A stretch of DNA of 64,000 bases from the NCBI GenBank assembly GCA_024704765.1, contig JAKMXF010000012.1, forward strand, positions 42,397 through 106,396. The letters are read 5' to 3'. Below the pieces are notes generated by a model. The model was given only the letters and a program-made list of their open reading frames with translations, was not told the origin of the DNA and searched no databases. This stretch comes from Oopsacas minuta. Its lineage: Eukaryota; Animalia; Porifera. This document shows, piece after piece, positions 24,389 to 35,049 of this stretch. The first letter of the stretch is position 1. Each line of letters starts with the position of its first letter. The translations under genes were made by a program, and so were the position numbers.

Positions 24389-25896
24389 AACATTTGAAAT
24401 ATCACCGCTCAACCTATCGTCACTATATATTTTGCTTACATATTTGTTGTATACTATAGTTGCTATGCTATGCTATGCGCTGTCTGCTATTTAAAATGAT
24501 CAAAAATGGAATAAAATGTATTAATTAAAAACCAAGCTAAAATTACAAATATAATTGGAACTATATATCTACGTAGTTCAATATTGTTCACGTAGAATAT
24601 TTAATTAATTACTGACTACGTCTGTTAGCTTACTTTAGTGACGAACATATATTTGGTGAAATTACAACTAAAAATGTGTACACAAATTCGACAATAAAAT
24701 ATTATGTGATCCATTGTCCAGCCCGCAAATAGTGACCTTGGATAGTATGGTAGTGAGCATGTAACCATGGTTACGGTTACACCTATGCGCCACCGAAGTT
24801 ATACAAAATATTATACGCGTGGATGAATTATTTCAGCTCCTGCAAGCAATGCCTTAATATGGTATTCACATTTTTACGCGCCTAGATTCCGCGCTTATTC
24901 CCTCCGCTTTTTAACTATTCGATTTTCTTTTACATATCACGATGAATCATGTTCTTTTCAAGGCTAGGATAACAATCAGATTCACGCAATATATTAATTC
25001 ACTTTACATCACAAATATTAGATAGATAAGCAGAGTTCCATATCTAATTGCAATGATAACATGCAAAAATCAGATATTTGCAATTTCCTTTTCACATGAC
25101 ACTATTTCTGGCTAATCCACCTGTGTGATTAATCATATTATGGAAGTTTGTATTTACATAATAAATGATTGAATATTGAATAATTTAATCTTTGTGACGA
25201 ATGATTCGTTCCAGAACTATAGTGGATACAAACGATTACCCCACGAGGAAATTGCGGGGAAATGACAAATGAAATATCGATCTACAATAGGCTTAATTAA
25301 TCACTCAAAGAAAGAATGTCATTTGTTATCGAATTTGTTTTCTAGAAACAGTAAGAATTCCTGGAACATGTCTGCTATGAATCATAAAATTAATGAGAAT
25401 TTATTCTTGAAGAAGTTGAAATGAAAAGACTTCAAAGAAAAGTGAAAAGACAAAAATCACTTTTATGAATATATTAATTTTATCTAAGTTATAATGACAA
25501 GACAATGCCCCCTTCAGGCTAATCTCTGGGTGAAATCCAACTCTTTAGAATATGTAGTCTGAAACTTGGAGGTTTGACTGTAATTCAATTAGAGAAAGAG
25601 TCAGATGTGTGTCGGATTTGGTAATTGTTAGAATATATGTATTATTCAATGAGTTTTTATTCGTAGCTAATTATGGCGCTACAAATAAGAACTCTAATTA
25701 AACTATACATAAATCATTTGTATTACAAGAAAATACTGTTTGATTGAAATCATTATTGAAACTTGACAACACATGAGTAACAATGAATTTTAATTTGAGT
25801 TTTATATAATTCTATTATTTTGAGCTAATTTTAGTAATTTCAAAGAGAAACTTATTGATTACACGTTTAAACTTTAATCAAAGAGCAAATCAGGGA

Positions 25897-26410
25897 AATG
25901 GCGCCTAATTACGTTTCCGTTTGCCCAATCAGATCAGAGAGATCACTGTCTGATGGAATTCAGTGTGAGACTAATTATAGACGGAACGTTTGAAGTGTTA
26001 ATTGATAGAAAGACACAATTTATGCCACTTCAGAAAATCATATAAAACTGACACGTTCACAAACATGTCTATAATTGGTTATGAATAATTAAATTTTCAA
26101 AGTACAGCATTTGATTGGCTCCTGTCGAACGAAAATATTTTGTTTTGCACGTAGTGGGTGTTTATAATGTGGCTTCGCATTGAGTGTTATTGTAAGCTAC
26201 AGTTTATGGCTGTGCTCAAAATAGTGACAGACTTGGAAAGGAGATTTTCATTTCTATCAGGTCACGTGTGTTCAAATTGTAATTGGATTCTATGGGAAAG
26301 TTCAGCTATGAAAATAGTGTCGTAATTATGTGGCAGAAATATATATCGTAAGAGTTTTAATCGTTGCAACTTTAAAATACACAAAAATATAAATTCACTC
26401 TTGTGATAAA
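25897..26410 (-). repeat. Left arm of an about 500-bp inverted repeat (3' end and 3' flank of ARL-C)
   Basis: Its reverse complement aligns to 27315-27815: about 90% identity over the inner 280 bp, lower outward. Confidence 0.9.
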
Positions 26411-26964
26411 TCACATTTTCTTTTTTGTCTAATCATCTTATGTATATGTTTTAAACCTTGCTTCACACCTTTTCCAGTCACAGCTGACGTTCCTTGTACA
26501 AGAATTGAATTCCCTTCGATGCCATTCAAATCTAACTTTCTCTTAACATCAGTAGGCTTAAGAGATGTTTTCAAATCTTGTTTGTTAGCAATCACTAATA
26601 CAGGCACCCCGCGCATTTCCTGGTGCGACAAAATCCGTTTTATCTCCTCGCCGGCGTCCGCGAAACGATCAGAATCTGTCGAATCGACAACGTAAATCAG
26701 AGCATCCGTTCCTTGGTAATAATGTTTCCAGAGAGTCCGAATTTGACGTTTCCCGCCCACGTCCCATAGCCTACACGAAAGTTTCCTGAATCTAATCGGT
26801 TGAACGTTATATCCAACAGTAGGCCCTTCTGAAATGAAATCTGATTGACTCGAATTTATTCTGTTGAAAAGTGTCGTTTTCCCTGTGTTGTCTAAACCCA
26901 GCATAAGAATATGAGGACGCTTCTCATTTGGTAATGGTTTGTCTTTGCTAATAATAAATCCCAT
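26395..26964 (-). CDS. ARF/ARL small GTPase C (189 aa)
   Basis: MGFIISK, GLDNTGKTT, PTVGYN, WDVGGK, NKQD, TSAVTG; intronless. Confidence 0.9.
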   Translation of the reverse strand: MGFIISKDKPLPNEKRPHILMLGLDNTGKTTLFNRINSSQSDFISEGPTVGYNVQPIRFRKLSCRLWDVGGKRQIRTLWKHYYQGTDALIYVVDSTDSDRFADAGEEIKRILSHQEMRGVPVLVIANKQDLKTSLKPTDVKRKLDLNGIEGNSILVQGTSAVTGKGVKQGLKHIHKMIRQKRKCDLSQE

Positions 26965-27314
26965 TTTCGTGATCCTTGGATAAATTTGATTATTCTGTCT
27001 GTTATATACGAGTATTTATATGTGAGTAGAGCTCAGTGGCTGTCTATGGTAAAACTCTTATACTATGTTATCCAACTCACCACCAATTGCCGAGTATTGA
27101 CGGCAAATTGACGAATTCTTTGAACTATATTTGAAAGGGTAATAGACAATTTCCTTTCATTCCAACCTGTGGGTAAACCATCAGTTGCAAAATAAATTAG
27201 AAAGTGATAAATATTGAAAACAATAATTTCAAAAAACACACTCTAAGCATTTCATGAAACAGCTGGGTAAGAAATCGATATTTGGAAAGAGTACAACTAG
27301 AAAAGTACTTAATT

Positions 27315-27815
27315 GGATTCATCACCAGAGAAAATTTATATTTTAAAGTTGCAACGATTAAAACTCTTACGATATATATTTCTGCCACATAATTACGACA
27401 CTATTTTCATACCTGAACTTTCCCATAGAATCCAATTACTAATTGACATACGTGACCTAATAGAAATGACAATCTCCTTTCCAAGTCTGTCGCTATTTTG
27501 AACACAGCCATAAACTGTAGCTTACAATAACACTCAATGAAAAGCCACATTTTAAACATATCCAGCACGTGCCAAAACAACATATTTTCGTTTGACAGGA
27601 GCCAATCAAATGCTGTACTTTGTACGCTTAATTATTGATACAGAAATCCCTTTGATTGTGTCCGACTTATGGCAAACAAAGTGGGATACAATTATCGTGT
27701 CCTTTCTAATTAGCAACTTTATTCATTCGCCATATAATTAGACTCACAATGAAATGCATCAGGCGGTAATCTCCCTGATCTGATTGGTCAGACAGTGATA
27801 AAATTAGGCGCCAAT
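27315..27815 (+). repeat. Right arm of the inverted repeat; begins with sequence resembling the last codons of ARL-C
   Basis: GATTCATCACCAGAGAAAATTTATA versus the ARL-C end GATTTATCACAAGAGTGAATTTATA (21/25), followed by a long match to the ARL-C 3' flank. Confidence 0.85.
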
Positions 27816-29865
27816 TTTTAACTCTGGAGTATAAAGCTTGTTCCAAATTCAAAATGATTTAAACATTTTAATCAATTATTGAATTAATTAACGCTTATTT
27901 ATTTATTTATTTATTCCTGAAATTTCTAAGCGAACATCTTTGAACAAATCTCTCCAATTTGCCCAATTTGTTTATGATAGTAATTTTCGCATAAATAATT
28001 AGAAATACTCTTCCACTCCAAATCCTAGAAAAACGAACTTACAATTTCACAAAACATGAATACCTTATGACCGTCTGGTTGTTAGGAAGTTTAAATAATT
28101 CCTATTGGATCAAAAATAAATTTTCTACCTGGAATGAGTTAATGTCACAAATCCTTCCTAGATTTCACAAACAGTTCTAATTTGAAGTTATTCGCCTACA
28201 TCCTCAACATTCCAGAAATTATACTTCACATGGTTAAAGCGTAGGAATGATTTAGAAATGATTGCTTATAAAATGTGGCAATTGTGAATTATTAATTTCC
28301 CAAATTTATGCACAATTATAATTGTGTAATTGCAAGGACAATTTACATATTTTGTGAAACTATAATCCTGCTAAAAGTACTCAAAATATTAGATTCATCT
28401 TCTCTTATATAAAATATGTTATCACATACATAGAGAAAATTCAGCCAATAAGATGCCAGCCTTTTCCCGCGAAAAAGATAGGCATTCACAAAAGGTATAA
28501 ATATTCTCTGAATTCAGTTTACACTAAAATTGTGTTTTGAATTGATTACTAATATTTGTTTTGATTTATTTTATATTATGTAATATTTATCCACAGTTCA
28601 GATTACATACACGCATGTAAGTAAGTTCAATTCGAACGTCAGTTTCCTTTATTGTAACCTATAACATGATATTTGACTATATATGGCCATTTTTGGTTGA
28701 TTCGTTAATAAGCAAATTTACCTACTAAACTAATGCGTAACTTTAATAAGGGAAATTATTGAAATTCCTTTCAGGGTATATTTCTTGTAATATCTGTATT
28801 ATACATAATCAAATTGAGGTTATAGTTCGTAGTCCATATGCACTTAAGGTGTTCTGTAAGTAACAGCCCCCAAAGTTCTATATTATTTGCATTATATTAA
28901 TTATAGGAAGTCAATCTGACCAATTAATATCTGCTTGCTAAGACCTTGGGAACGGCAATCAAGCAGAATTCACAGCTAATTACTGCAAAATAGCATAGAC
29001 AGAGCAACAGAACTACGTACTCTTTGATCTGGTATTGTAAGGCATTGTTCCAAACATATGCCTTGCACAATATATAGTTCTTGCATACAGTATATAGCAA
29101 GGGCAATACATGACCATAATGCATATGGTGAATGAAGAGTAGGGAACAGATGGAACCAGTTTACATAATATAGTTCACAACTCATTTATTTAGGAATTTT
29201 AAACTGAAGTTATGTGACCTCAACAATTTAGTTGTATCAGAACTGTAAGATTTATTAGATAAGGACATTCCAATTGTCCTGAGTGGGAACTTGTTGATAT
29301 CAATTAAAATACAGCTCTTGCATACTTTTACTACCAGATTGTGGAAGGTTGTATTGAGTTCGATCTAGTGGATAGGGATCAGCATATAACATATGCCTAC
29401 TGGAATGCGGGTAATTCCACATTTTCCGCGTATTGACCACCATTTACATATTCTGAAAATGCGGGACTTTCTAGTGCCTACATTCCATTATCAATTACGT
29501 TGTCAGGCAATACTGAATAATAAGAAGCCATCATACTGTTATCAAATGAACCATGGATAACCATTCTAATTAAAATCTCATAGAACATGTATTGTTGTTA
29601 TAGGAAGCTTATTGATCCTAAATACATGATACATTCTAGTTGTATGTTTGGGGCATTCATTACCATATGAGGACCTCAAAATTTGTTCACAGTATGGCCA
29701 CGGGTATTAACCCTCCTGTCCCCCTCCTTGGAGCCTACACTGCTTCATAGGATTAGAGACAATCACCAGATGGTGCTGCATATATATAAATTAATACTTT
29801 TATGTAAAACTAAAATGACACTAATTGTAACACTAATTGTTTTAATATGAGAAATAAACAACAAA

Positions 29866-31026
29866 TTAATAAATATTTATTACACCATCATAACTAGCAC
29901 AAATAATATCGAAGTTATTATCAACAATTATTCCTGTAGGTTCATTACATGAAATTTTGTGTATCAGCTGTCCATCTTTAGTAAATATATTAATTGAATA
30001 TCCCCAATTATCGCTAATTATAATATTATTATACAAATCAAAACACATAAAAATAAGTCCTTCTCCATTTTCTAATTTTATGAAACTTTTCAATAAATCA
30101 CCTGATTTAGAGAATATGTGTATATTATTAATCTTATTTTTGTCTAACACAAATATATTATTATTATTTATTTTGACGTCACACGGATATATAAGTTTGT
30201 CTTTTCCTATTTCTCTAATATATTCTAAATCAGAGCTGAATACTGCAATTCTATTATTCTTATCTGCAACTAACACTTCTCCATTTGTGTCAGTTGTTAG
30301 ACCATGAGGGAAACTAACACCTTTCTTAACACTCTTAATTAATTTGTAATTTGTTTTAGAGAATTTAAATATAGCATTAAGTCCCCAATCACTTATAAAC
30401 ACCCATTCCTTATATAATGCTATACCGTCTGGATACTTTAGCTGCCCTTTACAAAATTCATGAATGAACTTACCCTCTGTAGAGAAGATCTGTATTCTAT
30501 TATTGTATGTATCTACTATATGGATCTTATCTCTATCTAGAGCTAGTCCACGAGGGTACTTCAGCTCTCCTTTCTTACTGCCATGTTTCCCTATCCTTCT
30601 GATTGGCTCAGTCTTGTTTTTGTAGGGTACAGCTATATCCTGAATAGACCTCAACTTCTCCAGCTGTTCTAGGAGGGAGTCTAGACCCTCAGTATTGAAG
30701 GAAGGGATTGGGATAGGTGTTTCTATTTTGTATTTCTTTTGTTTCTTTTTCCAATTCTTTATTTGATCTTCTTGGAGCTTTACTACTTCATTCTGTTGAA
30801 TGCTAGTTTCCATTAATTGTCTGATCATCTTCTCCAGGTCTGCTACTTGTTTCTTTCTCATATTCTCCTTTCTTAGATAGTCCTGCTTCATATCGAACAG
30901 CTGGACAAGCAGCTGATCTCTCCTCTCTGTCGCAATCCTAATAATCTTCTCGAAGGTGGAATGGATCTTCTGTTCCGTTAGTTCGAAATGGTTGGTAGAA
31001 ATTTCATCTGAGTATTTGGTGGCCAT
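29866..31026 (-). CDS. Coiled-coil + NHL-repeat protein, copy 3
   Basis: Intact 386-aa ORF. The 5' flank 31027-31182 matches copies 1 and 2 up to the gap; the 3' flank does not. Confidence 0.88.
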   Translation of the reverse strand: MATKYSDEISTNHFELTEQKIHSTFEKIIRIATERRDQLLVQLFDMKQDYLRKENMRKKQVADLEKMIRQLMETSIQQNEVVKLQEDQIKNWKKKQKKYKIETPIPIPSFNTEGLDSLLEQLEKLRSIQDIAVPYKNKTEPIRRIGKHGSKKGELKYPRGLALDRDKIHIVDTYNNRIQIFSTEGKFIHEFCKGQLKYPDGIALYKEWVFISDWGLNAIFKFSKTNYKLIKSVKKGVSFPHGLTTDTNGEVLVADKNNRIAVFSSDLEYIREIGKDKLIYPCDVKINNNNIFVLDKNKINNIHIFSKSGDLLKSFIKLENGEGLIFMCFDLYNNIIISDNWGYSINIFTKDGQLIHKISCNEPTGIIVDNNFDIICASYDGVINIY

Positions 31027-31182
31027 TTGTTTGTTGTTCTGTTTATGATTATTCCCATTTACAGACTGTATTTATACAAATTCATACATTCATTATTCAG
31101 GTGTTAAGTGGTGAAATAGAAAGTTACAACTAATCACATTTCATTGAACTCTACCACGAGACTATTGTCTCACAGAATTACG

Positions 31183-32085
31183 NNNNNNNNNNNNNNNNNN
31201 NNNNNNNNNNNNNNNNNNNNNNNNNNNNNNNNNNNNNNNNNNNNNNNNNNNNNNNNNNNNNNNNNNNNNNNNNNNNNNNNNNNNNNNNNNNNNNNNNNNN
31301 NNNNNNNNNNNNNNNNNNNNNNNNNNNNNNNNNNNNNNNNNNNNNNNNNNNNNNNNNNNNNNNNNNNNNNNNNNNNNNNNNNNNNNNNNNNNNNNNNNNN
31401 NNNNNNNNNNNNNNNNNNNNNNNNNNNNNNNNNNNNNNNNNNNNNNNNNNNNNNNNNNNNNNNNNNNNNNNNNNNNNNNNNNNNNNNNNNNNNNNNNNNN
31501 NNNNNNNNNNNNNNNNNNNNNNNNNNNNNNNNNNNNNNNNNNNNNNNNNNNNNNNNNNNNNNNNNNNNNNNNNNNNNNNNNNNNNNNNNNNNNNNNNNNN
31601 NNNNNNNNNNNNNNNNNNNNNNNNNNNNNNNNNNNNNNNNNNNNNNNNNNNNNNNNNNNNNNNNNNNNNNNNNNNNNNNNNNNNNNNNNNNNNNNNNNNN
31701 NNNNNNNNNNNNNNNNNNNNNNNNNNNNNNNNNNNNNNNNNNNNNNNNNNNNNNNNNNNNNNNNNNNNNNNNNNNNNNNNNNNNNNNNNNNNNNNNNNNN
31801 NNNNNNNNNNNNNNNNNNNNNNNNNNNNNNNNNNNNNNNNNNNNNNNNNNNNNNNNNNNNNNNNNNNNNNNNNNNNNNNNNNNNNNNNNNNNNNNNNNNN
31901 NNNNNNNNNNNNNNNNNNNNNNNNNNNNNNNNNNNNNNNNNNNNNNNNNNNNNNNNNNNNNNNNNNNNNNNNNNNNNNNNNNNNNNNNNNNNNNNNNNNN
32001 NNNNNNNNNNNNNNNNNNNNNNNNNNNNNNNNNNNNNNNNNNNNNNNNNNNNNNNNNNNNNNNNNNNNNNNNNNNNNNNNNNNNN
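31183..32085. other. Assembly gap (903 N)
   Basis: Run of N. The poly-X ORFs in the track are artefacts. Confidence 1.
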
Positions 32086-32185
32086 TAATTCTTCCCACAA
32101 TCTTCATAAACATAACAAAAGATCTAATTTATAGAATAGACAATATCCAATATGGAACTAACACTTCTCATGGTTCCATTACAAA

Positions 32186-33070
32186 CTAATGTGTAAATAA
32201 TTTCTCCCAAAGTATTGGGCGCCATCTTATAAATGTCAGATAATAGTTTCGTATAATTCCTTGATTGAAAGGACTCATCATGGGCGGGAATGATTGCAGG
32301 TAAGGTATCTTTGCATGTTTTACCATTTCATAAGAAGTTTGAGCGCTGATAATCATATAATTATGGAATAGCATAAGGGCTAGTCCTAGTGGAGCTGTTA
32401 TGGCTAAAATGAGACAACACAGGAGCAGGTACCTATGGAACCAGAACCAATTAGTTACGGTGTCATAGAAGCAGTAATAAGCTGAATATGTAAGTATGAA
32501 AATAGCAAAAGATTGAAAATGAATGAAAAGATGGAAAAATCGATAATTTCGTTCACCGACACAATTTCCAACCCATGGACAATGATGGTCATATCTGCGA
32601 ACACATTTTTCACAAGTTCTACAGTGTATAGCTCGAAGTGGTATGTTCCAGCCACACGGTTCACATTTCGCTCTCTCTGTCATATTCAGAGTTGATCTAC
32701 TCTTCAACTGGTTAAATGCCCTCTCACCTGATTCTATATCAATGTCACTATTTTTAGAAGTAGTATCAGCTTTATCTAACAACATCTCTTCCTTGGTTAC
32801 GTAACCGGGGTCCAGGAATGTGCATAATAAATAAAACACATGTGCAATAATCATGAGAATAACGTATGAGTGAAACAAGGCTGTCCCCCGTAAAAAAGAC
32901 AATCTCAAAGGTGACAACGGTTCGGTGAAACATATAAACGCACAGTATGCATTGAGTGATACATGTGTGATACGCATCATCCAGGCTAGAGTGTGTTTAG
33001 GTGTAGTTTTCATTATTTGCATTGGTATATAGCAAGCAGTGTTTATACATCCTGTAAGCACTCTCTGCAT
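32186..33070 (-). CDS. DHHC palmitoyltransferase (ZDHHC12-like), single exon
   Basis: DPGYV, C..C....[36 protein letters not shown], four hydrophobic segments, TSYE motif. Confidence 0.9.
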   Translation of the reverse strand: MQRVLTGCINTACYIPMQIMKTTPKHTLAWMMRITHVSLNAYCAFICFTEPLSPLRLSFLRGTALFHSYVILMIIAHVFYLLCTFLDPGYVTKEEMLLDKADTTSKNSDIDIESGERAFNQLKSRSTLNMTERAKCEPCGWNIPLRAIHCRTCEKCVRRYDHHCPWVGNCVGERNYRFFHLFIHFQSFAIFILTYSAYYCFYDTVTNWFWFHRYLLLCCLILAITAPLGLALMLFHNYMIISAQTSYEMVKHAKIPYLQSFPPMMSPFNQGIIRNYYLTFIRWRPILWEKLFTH

Positions 33071-33549
33071 TTTCTAATTGTATTGCTATTATGGAATAAA
33101 AGTGTTAAATAGAGGAATAGGTATCAACGGGCCTCTTGAAAGGTGTCGAATTAACGAGCATGCATGCTGTATGAGACTATTTATTAAATTATAAGAAATA
33201 AATGAGCCAACATTTTGCCATGATTTCAAGGTGTTAATTAATTGACACATAGTCTAAAGCTAAAAGTGTGCCCTTTAAGTTAGATGGTTTGAGAAGCCAG
33301 AATTGTGGCATAAAAGTTTTAGCCGACCCTTTCTAGCTAGCCTAGATCATCAGGAGTGTGTGAGTGACATCACTTGATTTAGGGGTATAAATATACGAAC
33401 TAACAATTGGTTAGAAACTATTTCGAATAATAGAGCAGTTTTGATTTCTTATAGGTATTCCAATTACAAATGCAATACCAAACCAATGAATAACAAAAAC
33501 AAATTTAAAACATAGGAATGTGATAATTACCGAATTATACTCGATTAGA

Positions 33550-34809
33550 ATGCCAATATTAGTTGATAAAGATTCTCATTGGACAGAGACAGATGAGTAT
33601 ATACAGCTAATTCTCCCGCTCAAAGGAACCGCACCTCAAAATGTGGATGTATTCTGCACGACTGAGTATTTGAAAGTGTCTTATCCGCCATATTTATTCG
33701 AGGCATTATTGAAACATAAAATAGACACACTTTTGAGTAAAATAATAGTCGCGAATGGTTTTATACAAATAAATCTGAAGAAAATTGAATCGGAGCTATG
33801 GATGGAATTCAAATCAGAATTGGGTAAAGATAAAGCAATCATGCAAAGGAAAAGAGAAGAGGCGCTTGTGGAAGCTCAAAAAAGGTGTGAAAATAGTGTC
33901 GCAGAGCGTAGAAGTATTATAGACAGACAGAAGAAGCAAGGTGTTACTGAACAGATGGATTTAGAATCAGGTGTTAGACAAAAAATCGAAAATGCGAAAA
34001 ATAAAGAACGCAAACTAGCGACAAAAGCGTTGGAAGAATTGCAAGAGGAAAATCAAAATAAAATATCAGATTTAGCGCAAAAATGTGTGAAAAATATTTC
34101 CCATAAAAAGAGCGTAACTTTTGAGCAAAAATCTGAAGAACCTTTGCAGAAAGATAAGAAAATTCGGAAAGTAGCACAACAGAGAATTTCGAATTCAGAA
34201 ATATTTCAAACTGGAACTGTAAAAGCACCAATACGGAAACTAGGTATAATTCAGTGTCAATTCACACCAAGAGTGTTTCCAACACCAGAGAGAGAATCTA
34301 AGAAAATTGAGGAAGAGGAATGGCTCGCAAAATTAGCCGAAGCAAGACGTAACCCCAAAATGGAACCAAGCACTGAACCAGAACTAAACAATTACCAAAA
34401 TACTAATCCACAATGGTTGAAGGATAGAGGAGACCAGTTATACAAAAACGGAGATTATGAATCTTCTTATAATGTTTACACACAGGCTGTCGAGCTTAAA
34501 ACTAAGCTGCCCTCCGTCTATGCGAATAGAGCGTTATGTCTGTTAAAAATGGCGAGGTTTCGAGAATGTATTAGTGACTGCGATGAAGCCATAACATTAT
34601 TAGTTCCGGTTATAGAAGCAAATCGTAGACAACGGGCTAATGTATTTGCAAGGAGAGGAGCAGCTAATATGAAACTGGAACTATACCAAGAGGCAGTGGG
34701 GGATTATAAAATGGCGGCACAATTGTGTCCTGACATGGAATCTTTGAAAGTTGATAAGGAAAAACTTGAAATTCTATTGGCTGAGAGAGAAAATAAAGAT
34801 AGGCGCTAG
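33550..34809 (+). CDS. DNAAF4: Dynein axonemal assembly factor 4 (DYX1C1): CS domain + coiled coil + TPR; single exon
   Basis: MPILV...LPLKG...DVFCTTEYLKVSYPPYLFE, FTPRVFPTPERES, WLKDRGD + three TPR repeats. ATG at 33550 (the track start is a non-ATG codon). Confidence 0.92.
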   Translation: MPILVDKDSHWTETDEYIQLILPLKGTAPQNVDVFCTTEYLKVSYPPYLFEALLKHKIDTLLSKIIVANGFIQINLKKIESELWMEFKSELGKDKAIMQRKREEALVEAQKRCENSVAERRSIIDRQKKQGVTEQMDLESGVRQKIENAKNKERKLATKALEELQEENQNKISDLAQKCVKNISHKKSVTFEQKSEEPLQKDKKIRKVAQQRISNSEIFQTGTVKAPIRKLGIIQCQFTPRVFPTPERESKKIEEEEWLAKLAEARRNPKMEPSTEPELNNYQNTNPQWLKDRGDQLYKNGDYESSYNVYTQAVELKTKLPSVYANRALCLLKMARFRECISDCDEAITLLVPVIEANRRQRANVFARRGAANMKLELYQEAVGDYKMAAQLCPDMESLKVDKEKLEILLAERENKDRR

Positions 34810-35049
34810 AATCACTTCTGATTGGATTATTTATGTTTATCGCTTACCACGTATATTGTTGTTATTTACTTAAGTTATTGTGTCAATGATTAAACTATAA
34901 TTCACTTAAGTTAGTCCCTGGCGTATTGTCAGATCAGAAAAATACAATTACCAAATTCTAACTAGAAAACTTCCAAATTATGAAAAAAGATTTTGAAGTT
35001 ACTTATCCATGGTTAGACATAAGAATATAGAAATAAATATAAATATATT

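Noticed and set aside
28924-29185. Cys/His-rich overlapping minus-strand ORFs, faintly like a SWIM finger
   Set aside because: The motif appears only by mixing frames, and no complete CxC..CxH pattern lies in one frame.
2067-30307. + strand ORFs opposite the NHL genes (2067-2462, 14212-14397, 29957-30307) and similar shadow ORFs opposite the ARL, DUSP and calpain genes
   Set aside because: Antisense shadows with no independent motifs; they are conserved only because the real genes are duplicated.
31144-32113. Three about 310-aa ORFs in the track
   Set aside because: Translations of the N gap.
33286-33300. GGTTTGAGAAGCCAG as a possible right TIR for NHL copy 3
   Set aside because: It lacks the terminal CCACTG and lies beyond the DHHC gene.
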